Assembly (NCBI RefSeq): GCF_000341395.1
Contig: NC_020304.1
Coordinates: 540,001 to 572,000 of the forward strand
DNA: 32,000 nucleotides
Direction: 5' to 3'
Origin: Desulfocapsa sulfexigens DSM 10523
GTDB taxonomy: Bacteria > Desulfobacterota > Desulfobulbia > Desulfobulbales > Desulfocapsaceae
A program made the translations under genes and the position numbers. The notes under the pieces were generated by a model, which was not told where the DNA came from, did not search any database, and was given only the letters and a program-made list of their open reading frames with translations. Each line of letters starts with the position of its first letter. Position 1 is the first letter of the stretch. Positions 24,989 to 32,000 of the stretch are shown piece by piece.

Positions 24989-26011
24989 CTATGGCTGCAA
25001 CCAGCCCTGTTCCACATACCAGTCAGCTGTCTCAATAATGCCCTCTTTATTCCCATGCCTTGGTGTATACCCCAAAACATCACGCATCTTACTTATATCA
25101 AAATTGCGGTCTTTAGAATAAAAGGCGACTCTTCTTCTGTATATGGGCGGTTCAATTTTAAAAGGCTTGCAAATGGCCTCACAGATATCACCAGCGAGAA
25201 AGAACGGCCCTATGGGAAGGCGGATCGTTTTAATCTTTCTGGAAAAATGCTCAGCAACTATGGCCGCGATATCAGCAATGGCAATGGGTTCATTAGCACC
25301 ACTGATAAAAGTCTCTCCAAGGGCCGCCGGATGAGTCGCTGCAATAATAAATGAATTCGTCAAGTCGTCCACATGGACAAGATGATACATGCATTTGCCC
25401 TTTCCCAACAGCAGGAAGTAGGGCTTCATCGCCATCTTGAAAAGCTTGAGAAGGCGCTTGTCACCAGGGCCATAGATAGCAGCAGGACGGATGATGGTAT
25501 AGGGAAAATCCTTATCGGCAGCAAATGCATTGAGCCATTCTTCGGCCTGAAGCTTTGTACGCTGATAGCCATCACCGGGACTGAAGGGATACTCCTCGGT
25601 TGCCGGAGGATTTTCTATATGACCATGTACACCTATGGTTGAAATGTGAATATATCGCTCGAAGTTTGGATTCTTTAGAACCTCTTCACAAATAATCTGG
25701 GTACTTTTAACATGAACATCCCAGTAATCCTGCTCGGTGCTTTTTGCCTCCCGAAAAGCTGCCGCGACATGGAACACATAGCTCTGGCCACTGACGGCCT
25801 GCCGCATAATCTTTTCGTCAAAAACATCACCACGAAACCAGGTTATGTCCAGGTCAGCAAGTGGTTCGATGTTGGAACTCTCTCTGGCAACAGCGCTGAC
25901 CTTCAGCCCTGCGTCAACCAGTTTTCTGGTGAGGACTGTTCCGGTGAATCCTGTAGCACCCGTTACCAGCACAGGAGTTCCCGCAGGAATTTGGCATATC
26001 ACGTCATTCAT
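24989..26011 (-). CDS. NAD-dependent epimerase/dehydratase (extended SDR)
   Basis: Rossmann motif VLVTGATGFTG and catalytic YQRTK (YxxxK). Confidence 0.85.
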   Translation of the reverse strand: MNDVICQIPAGTPVLVTGATGFTGTVLTRKLVDAGLKVSAVARESSNIEPLADLDITWFRGDVFDEKIMRQAVSGQSYVFHVAAAFREAKSTEQDYWDVHVKSTQIICEEVLKNPNFERYIHISTIGVHGHIENPPATEEYPFSPGDGYQRTKLQAEEWLNAFAADKDFPYTIIRPAAIYGPGDKRLLKLFKMAMKPYFLLLGKGKCMYHLVHVDDLTNSFIIAATHPAALGETFISGANEPIAIADIAAIVAEHFSRKIKTIRLPIGPFFLAGDICEAICKPFKIEPPIYRRRVAFYSKDRNFDISKMRDVLGYTPRHGNKEGIIETADWYVEQGWLQP

Positions 26012-26119
26012 ATATAATCCACATTTGGGCTAAATTGTCAAACAGTCAAAAAATGACCGTACATAAGACCACGAGATCGGGCACGATGCAAGCTAAAAGC
26101 AACCCTGGCTTGCCATTCA

Positions 26120-26896
26120 CTACCGCTTTTTCGACCTGTTATTTTTAAAAAGACGACGTAAAGTGGGAAGAAGATGGCCACGTTTGCCACGTAATGATGG
26201 CTGCCATCCTGGTCGGGTGAGAACCGACCGTATGGAAGAGACAGGATTGGTAGAATCCAGGTCACACGCGAACTGTATACCATAACGCCCCATGACCTCC
26301 TCTTCCCCGGCAAATGGCAATGGATCCGAACCGCTGATAACAGTCAGCCCCTTTTGAGCTGCCTGTCTCATAAGCAAGGGCCTAAACCAGCATGTGGGAC
26401 GAAGTGTGGTGTCACCGATAAGTAAGGAACCGGGCCGGCTAGCGTCAAGTAGATCTTGAACAACTCTTTTCCGCTTGAAAAACCATTTCCCAGGAGCCCA
26501 GCTCAGCACCGGCACACCATTTTCCTGATGTATTCTTTTGACGACTTCACTCGCGGCCAGCCCCTCGGGTATTTGCTTATCGACTGTGAGTGCCAGTATT
26601 TCAATTCTTTCACGGGTGATAATCTGGCGACCCGGGAAAATATAAAGATCCGGATAATTCTTTTCCTTTATATGTAAGGCACTTTCAAGATATCGTACTT
26701 CTGCTTCTGCCCCTAATACCTGTGCACCGTTCTTTTCAAAATCGGCGAAGAAATTACAATCTGAGCGCTCTGCCAGAAATGCAAGACAGGTTGCCTGGCT
26801 GTCAAGTTGAGAAAGGTTGCGGCGCAGGTTATGGAGGGCCAGTTGTATGTCATACTCTGGATATATATGAACATGGGTATCAGCTGTCAGACGCAT
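26120..26896 (-). CDS. Putative PHP-like metal-dependent phosphoesterase (uncertain)
   Basis: N-terminal ADTHVHIYP (DxHxH-type metal site) and a basic C-terminal tail. ATG 26896 overlaps the 3' end of the GT4 gene by 17 nt. The assignment rests only on the N-terminal motif. Confidence 0.45.
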   Translation of the reverse strand: MRLTADTHVHIYPEYDIQLALHNLRRNLSQLDSQATCLAFLAERSDCNFFADFEKNGAQVLGAEAEVRYLESALHIKEKNYPDLYIFPGRQIITRERIEILALTVDKQIPEGLAASEVVKRIHQENGVPVLSWAPGKWFFKRKRVVQDLLDASRPGSLLIGDTTLRPTCWFRPLLMRQAAQKGLTVISGSDPLPFAGEEEVMGRYGIQFACDLDSTNPVSSIRSVLTRPGWQPSLRGKRGHLLPTLRRLFKNNRSKKR

Positions 26897-28079
26897 CAAA
26901 ACTCACCTTATGAGGCTCACTCTGCAGTACAAATGTGTAACAGGCAGCCAGTTTTTCAGTATAATTGTGGAAATTATATGTGCTTTCATAGAGCTTCCGC
27001 CCCTCGCTGCCCATAGCCTCCCGCATATCTTTTTCTTCAATAAGTGAGATCATCTTCTCTGCCATATCCTTCGGTGTCGGGGCTGCTAAAGTCGCCAGAT
27101 TTTCATTGAGTATCAGACGATTTGCCTTAACATCGGTGGCCATAATCGACCGGCCAGCTTTCAAGTAATCAAGAAGTTTCAAGGGGGTATTTACACCACT
27201 TATTCGTGGCGAAAGCAGAATGTCGGAGGCGGAAAGATAGTCTGGCAGAGTGTCCGGTGCAACCATCCCGATAAAACTGACGGCATCCAGAACATTTTGC
27301 TGTTGTAAAATCTGTTTACGCTCTTCAATCTTCTTATCCGTGCCACCGATAATAATAAACCGGGCCTGAGGACAACTCTTCACCACCTCAGGGATGGATT
27401 CAATTAACAAATCAACACCCTGATATATGGCAAATGAGCCAACAAAGGTAAGAAGGATTTCATTCGGCCGTTGCTGAAGTTCTGCACGTACCAGAGCTAC
27501 TCGAGCAGGATCTGGCTCCACAAGCGATGAAGGAATATCAAAGATATGAAAGGCGCGGGTCGATGTCTTCATATCATCTACCTGCTTTGCCAACCCAGCT
27601 CCCGTACAGATTACCGCGTCAACCCGCTTTACCGTCATCCGCTCGACAAAAGCGTAACCGGAAAGGAGGATATTCTTCAAAAATCCTTTTTTATAGGAAG
27701 ACGGATCTGAATGTTTTTCAAAGATAGACTTACATGCAGCAAAGCGACCTAGCAAAACGGCTATCATTCCAGCTTCTTCAATTCCATGAATAACGAGGTA
27801 CTTGTTTTTTCGGATGAGTTGCAGTCCCCTAAAAAACAGGAGGATATCGAAAAAGATCTTATACGCGGATGGACCTATGGGAATCTGCTTGAACTGAAAA
27901 GGATTCGCCACCCTGATAATATTTACACCCGTTATGTCACGCCGTTCACCAATGGGAAGAGTCAGTAAATCCACTGAATAACCTGATTTAACAAGGGCCT
28001 GAACATTAAAACTTACACGAATAGGAGACCCTCGCCATTGAAAAAAAGGCTGTGGGGAGATAAGGAGGATTCTTTTCAT
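26880..28079 (-). CDS. Glycosyltransferase family 4 (GT-B, group 1)
   Basis: MKRILLISPQPFFQWRGSPIRV N-terminus and a C-terminal GT1 block (FVGSF..YQGVDLLIE...ILLSPRISGVNTPLKLLDYLKAGRSIMATD). I prefer the start at ATG 28079; the track start at 28145 is TTG. Confidence 0.8.
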   Translation of the reverse strand: MKRILLISPQPFFQWRGSPIRVSFNVQALVKSGYSVDLLTLPIGERRDITGVNIIRVANPFQFKQIPIGPSAYKIFFDILLFFRGLQLIRKNKYLVIHGIEEAGMIAVLLGRFAACKSIFEKHSDPSSYKKGFLKNILLSGYAFVERMTVKRVDAVICTGAGLAKQVDDMKTSTRAFHIFDIPSSLVEPDPARVALVRAELQQRPNEILLTFVGSFAIYQGVDLLIESIPEVVKSCPQARFIIIGGTDKKIEERKQILQQQNVLDAVSFIGMVAPDTLPDYLSASDILLSPRISGVNTPLKLLDYLKAGRSIMATDVKANRLILNENLATLAAPTPKDMAEKMISLIEEKDMREAMGSEGRKLYESTYNFHNYTEKLAACYTFVLQSEPHKVSFDASDS

Positions 28080-28414
28080 ATTGTGGCAGAATCGTTTTTT
28101 AACTGACTGAATTGTCGAAATTGAACTTACAAAGATCAGACTCAAACAGGAGCAATGGGTGTTCTAAACCATTTTAATTATAAGTGTGCAATAAAAAAAC
28201 CGTTAAAACCGCCATCATACTCTATCTGCTTTACACTCCAGACCCGCGCTAATCGGACTCACCTAAGCCAAGATCTCCCTCGGAGAGATACGCAGTACTA
28301 CCAATACAGATATTTGTCGAACCAGGAAAAAGATGCGCTGGAAACGAAAGGAGTTATCTGGTATGTTGACGATTTTTCTCCTCACTCAAAAATCAGTAGC
28401 TCAGAGACACTAAC

Positions 28415-28729
28415 ATGACAGATAATAACACAACTAACACTCAAGAACCCACAATTCAGGCCATGGTCTGGTACAAAGAAGAAGACTGGGAGACACTTAT
28501 CAAGCTCTTCAGTGATAGCCACCTCCTCCCCAAAAGCTACGGTGACTGGCTCGCAAGAGCGGAGGAGATGGTCAAAACAGTTGAAGGAAACGGTGATATG
28601 GTAATAAAGGTCTTTATCGACCCGGAAACATTTCCTGCCTGGTGCAAAGAAAAGAACAGAGAAATGGATTCAAAGGCAAGAGCTGATCTCGCTATCGAAG
28701 TGGCAACTGAGCAAAGCCTTGCCCTGTAA
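28415..28729 (+). CDS. Small hypothetical protein (104 aa)
   Basis: An ORF with balanced, protein-like composition (WYKEEDWETLIKLF...DWLARAEEMVK...FPAWCKEKN). I recognise no motif and the Shine-Dalgarno is weak. Confidence 0.45.
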   Translation: MTDNNTTNTQEPTIQAMVWYKEEDWETLIKLFSDSHLLPKSYGDWLARAEEMVKTVEGNGDMVIKVFIDPETFPAWCKEKNREMDSKARADLAIEVATEQSLAL

Positions 28730-28820
28730 AGCTGAGGGATGGTGGGAATTTGCCCTGCAAATCTCCTAGATTTTTCCCTGTTCAGCAAGAATAGCATATA
28801 CCACGTAATACTTATAAATA

Positions 28821-29390
28821 TTAATCACATACTGAACGGTTTCCTTTGTTCAGCTTTAAGATACTTTCATAGTAGCTGCTGGATTCACGGACATATAGCT
28901 CCATCCCGGCAAGATCATGGCTGTTTTCTAGCTCTGGTATACCTTTCCTTGTTACAACCACTTCTCTTACATTCGTAGCAAAGGGTGCAGAAAAATCCAC
29001 TGTTCGCAGCCGTTCATCGGTAATTGTAAGGTTCCCTACAGCGATATCTCCAAGACCTTCGTTGAGTCGGGACAACAGGAGATGACGTTCGGTTGGGACG
29101 ATGATAGTATGAATTTTTAAGTATTTTGTTCCCTGCTGCCTATTGATGTACTTCTCGAAGAGTTTTACAGCATCATACGACAAACCTTTTTCAGTTGCAC
29201 CATCGAGGAAATAAAAGGTTTTGCTATATGGAATGAGTACACGAATCACCCGTCTCTTCACCATCTCATCATAATCACCTTTCCACGCCTTGACCTTTAC
29301 CAGGTCATCCGTTGCCGTAATAGCCCATCCAGACGACGCAATTGCAGAACCAATAAGGACACAACAACAGCAACACAAGACCTTGACCAA
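28821..29390 (-). pseudogene. Family-3 solute-binding-protein / MltF-N-like gene, probably decayed
   Basis: SBP_bac_3-like blocks are present (IRVLIPYSKTFYFLDG...GLSYD...IAVGNLTITDERLRTVDFSAPF), but only 189 aa remain and the second lobe is missing. The start is TTG and the odd leader reads VKVLCCCCC. An ATG-initiated signal-peptide-like frame (MVAWLIGQGLVLLLL, ATG at about 29406) sits in another frame just upstream, which suggests a 5' frameshift. Confidence 0.5.
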
Positions 29391-29486
29391 TCAGCCAGGC
29401 AACCATTTTTTTTATCACACTCCCTCCCAAAACAAAAAACGCCCAGACAGTTTCCTGCCTGGGCGCTATCATTGATCAAAAAACAA

Positions 29487-29933
29487 TCAGCAGGCCTGGA
29501 CGGCCTTCCGCCAGCCGTCATCTTTGAGGCGCTGGATTCTTTCAACAGCCCAGGTGTTGATCGCGGTGAGATACTCCTTGGGATCACTATCTTTCATGGC
29601 AATGATCTTATTCCGCTCCTCGGTGATATCCGCAGTCTCTCCGGGATACATCTCACGCCAGGTTGCATAGCCTTCATCAAAAATAAACTCAGGATTGACA
29701 TGAGCTGGATCCATACTCAGTTTGGCAATGGCAAACATACGAACCAGATCCATATCATATTCAATAACCCAATTATTATCACTTACCATTGTCTCTCTGT
29801 CAAACTTCTGATCCACTGAACAGCTTGGGCAAAACAAGCGATCGATTACCTCCTGTCCCATTACGTTATCACGCAGATGAAATGTGGCATCCTTTTTTCC
29901 GCAGTTACATGTTTTTCTTACTTCCTGGCACAT
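29487..29933 (-). CDS. Hypothetical Cys-rich protein (148 aa)
   Basis: GGAGA Shine-Dalgarno 6 nt before ATG 29933. The N-terminal CxC...CxxC arrangement (CNCGKK...CPSC) suggests a zinc ribbon. Confidence 0.55.
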   Translation of the reverse strand: MCQEVRKTCNCGKKDATFHLRDNVMGQEVIDRLFCPSCSVDQKFDRETMVSDNNWVIEYDMDLVRMFAIAKLSMDPAHVNPEFIFDEGYATWREMYPGETADITEERNKIIAMKDSDPKEYLTAINTWAVERIQRLKDDGWRKAVQAC

Positions 29934-30141
29934 AATTCGTCTCCATATTCTTGACTATTGAGATTCAGGAGTCTTCCTGAGAAATGTTTGTACCCAATAC
30001 TATGCACAATTTAAAACGACTTGTAAAGGATAATAATAACTGTTCTCCCTTTGCCTAGGATTGCATACACTGCTGTGATTTATTTGGGGCAGCCGACAAA
30101 ATCGGCTGAAGGTTTTACCCAGGCTATTCTGTTTAATAATA

Positions 30142-31581
30142 TTACGCAGGATCAGTATAAAGATCAGCATCATTCCTGATCGAAGCTGGAATAGATTTCT
30201 TAACCTTTACTCCCATCTGAGGAAAATTTTCTACCCTGGAAATCAGATTACCACGCCCCCGACTTAACCGGGTCATGGCACTGTCATAACTACTCTGGAG
30301 AGCATGCATCTGTTTTCCAATACGCTCCATATCTTCTGTAAATGAGCAGAATTTGTCATAGAGAGCTGCTGCCCGTTCAGCAATTTCTCTGGCATTCCTG
30401 CTTTGCTTTTCATAATGCCAGATACTTTCGATTGTCCGAAGAGTGGTAAGCAATGTTGTGGGGCTGACAAGAATCACTTTTCGACTCATCGCCTCGGAAA
30501 ACAGCGTTTCATCAGCTTTAAAAGCTGCGAGAAAAGCAGCTTCAATCGGCATGAACATCAAGACAAAATCAAGGGTCTGAATTTCTGCAAGTGACCCGTA
30601 ATCTTTTTCTCCCAAAATCTTTACGTGCTCCTTTATGGCCTTCACATGATGACGAAGAAAAGTATCCTGTTCCTGCTCTTTATCGCTGTTAACATATTTT
30701 TCCCAGGAGACCAGGGATACTTTAGAATCGATTATAATATCACGGCCATCTGGTAGGCGAACAATAACATCCGGCCTCTGAAACCGATTGGCTTCATCCC
30801 GGAACACTGCCTGGGTTTCATACTCAATTCCCTTACGCAGGGCAGATTGTTCAAGAACCCTTTCCAGGACAATTTCACCCCATGTTCCCTGAACCTGTTT
30901 ATTGCCCTTAAGAGCTTTGGTGAGGTTGTTAGCCTCATCACTCATCCGCTGGTTCAGGTTTCTCAGGGAGGTGATTTCGCGCTGTAAAGCTGCCCTGTCC
31001 CTGGTTTCATCGTGATGAACAGCATCTGCTTTTTGACGAAAAGACTTTAACTGTTCGTGAAAAGGGGACAGTAAGCCAGAGATCTTTTCCTGAGTCTCTC
31101 GTGAAAAATGAGCACTTTTCTCCTCCAGAATAGAGGCTGCAAGCTCGGAAAACTGCAAACGTAACTGTTCTCTGGCTCCGTCCAGGAGGTTTAACCTTTC
31201 TTCCGCATGGAGTTGTTCTTGCTCAATCCGTGTCTGCAGTCTGGCATTTTCACTGCGCTGCTTCGCTTCTTTCTCTTGCAATTCACTAATAATGCTTTGC
31301 TTGTGTCTCTTCTCCTCGATTAGCTGTTCACATTGGTGGCGAACATTCTCACACACCAGATCACTTGCTGCAATCCGATTCTCCGTTGCCTGTTTCTCGA
31401 ATTCGGCAATAAGCTGCTGCCTGCTGAGAAACCGTTCCTTTTGCTTCTGAAAAACGAGCCACAGAATAAAGGCAGTTGGCAGGAGGCCGCACAGAAAACT
31501 CCAGCTTCCAACGGCTAAGAGCTGAGTGAACTGGGATTGTTGCTGAAACCAGAGGACCAATTGGTCAAACGGGGAGATCAT
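30142..31581 (-). CDS. rmuC: DNA recombination protein RmuC
   Basis: 479 aa with an N-terminal TM helix, a long coiled-coil and the conserved RmuC C-terminal block (VLMFMPIEAAFLAAF...VILVSPTTLLTTLRTIESIWHYEKQSRNAREIAERA). AAGGGAG Shine-Dalgarno. Confidence 0.85.
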   Translation of the reverse strand: MISPFDQLVLWFQQQSQFTQLLAVGSWSFLCGLLPTAFILWLVFQKQKERFLSRQQLIAEFEKQATENRIAASDLVCENVRHQCEQLIEEKRHKQSIISELQEKEAKQRSENARLQTRIEQEQLHAEERLNLLDGAREQLRLQFSELAASILEEKSAHFSRETQEKISGLLSPFHEQLKSFRQKADAVHHDETRDRAALQREITSLRNLNQRMSDEANNLTKALKGNKQVQGTWGEIVLERVLEQSALRKGIEYETQAVFRDEANRFQRPDVIVRLPDGRDIIIDSKVSLVSWEKYVNSDKEQEQDTFLRHHVKAIKEHVKILGEKDYGSLAEIQTLDFVLMFMPIEAAFLAAFKADETLFSEAMSRKVILVSPTTLLTTLRTIESIWHYEKQSRNAREIAERAAALYDKFCSFTEDMERIGKQMHALQSSYDSAMTRLSRGRGNLISRVENFPQMGVKVKKSIPASIRNDADLYTDPA

Positions 31582-31661
31582 GGATACTGACTCCCTTTTT
31601 ACGAATAGAACAGCTCTTGAACAAGAGCCAGGAGGTTGGTTTTCAGGAAATTCATGTTTTT

Positions 31662-32000
31662 CTAGTCATTAATTTCAAGGGGTACTATCCTTATAGTTGC
31701 CCTGTCAGCCTTTACTTCTTCCGGTTGCAATTCCCCAGTTGCAATTTTACTTTCTGTATCTTCAGTCGCCTCGGCAAATTTTCCGCCCTGGACTACAGGA
31801 TTCTGATCCTTTGGAGGTCCCCCAAGGAATACCGGACCACCCAGATAATAGAAAGCAACACCAACCCCAAGCGCTATAACAGCTGCAACAGGGATCAGTC
31901 CTCGCCACAGTTTTTTCCGGAGCCTTTGCTCTTTTTCTCCAGTATTGCCCCTCAGTACTTCCCGCCCCGCCTCCTCAACAATCCCGGCGGTAACAAGATA
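31662..32000 (-). CDS. 3' end of a membrane protein gene running off the window (partial)
   Basis: An open minus-strand frame runs from the window edge to TAG at 31662-31664 (113 codons). It contains a TM helix (LIPVAAVIALGVGVAFYYLGG). It is absent from the ORF track because the start lies outside the window. Confidence 0.45.
   Translation of the reverse strand, partial: YLVTAGIVEEAGREVLRGNTGEKEQRLRKKLWRGLIPVAAVIALGVGVAFYYLGGPVFLGGPPKDQNPVVQGGKFAEATEDTESKIATGELQPEEVKADRATIRIVPLEIND

Noticed and set aside
28155-28418. The 87-aa plus-strand ORF upstream of the 104-aa gene
   Set aside because: It lies in the promoter region of the divergent GT4 operon, has no Shine-Dalgarno, and its composition is not protein-like.

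Overview
The window looks like a bacterial chromosome of intermediate GC. The gene content (cobA-hemD fusion, ApgM-like proposed homoserine kinase) suggests Desulfobacterota, but that is a low-confidence guess. All coordinates, alignments and composition statements were made by eye.

**Core flanks.** The left flank (1-11.9 kb) is housekeeping: an SNF2 helicase, a uroporphyrinogen-III methyltransferase/synthase fusion, a deoxyhypusine-synthase-like protein, gmhA, adk, hom, a proposed homoserine kinase, a YbgC-type thioesterase and an initiator tRNA-fMet. The right part (18-32 kb) carries:
- a Tat-exported dienelactone hydrolase;
- a glycan-modification set: an FrhB-like Fe-S protein, plus a minus-strand operon of GT4, a PHP-like protein, an epimerase, a pyruvyl transferase, a membrane protein and a lipoprotein;
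- a decayed solute-binding-protein gene;
- rmuC.

**Accessory segment.** Directly after the tRNA lies a clearly more AT-rich segment of about 6 kb (about 11.9-17.9 kb). I read it as an integron-type gene-cassette array on the minus strand.
- It holds five imperfect palindromes of 121-126 nt with AAC...GTT ends (attC-like sites), plus a sixth cassette boundary.
- For every cassette, the 7-mer at its upstream boundary is the exact reverse complement of the outer 7-mer of its downstream attC. That is the signature of excised circular cassettes.
- No integron integrase is present in the window. The expected attI/intI side abuts a truncated IS4-family transposase.

**Main candidate.** The largest cassette (2.2 kb) holds two translationally coupled genes: a divergent class I SAM methyltransferase and a 412-aa protein with no motif I recognise. 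This is my best candidate for an undescribed accessory or defence-type system.
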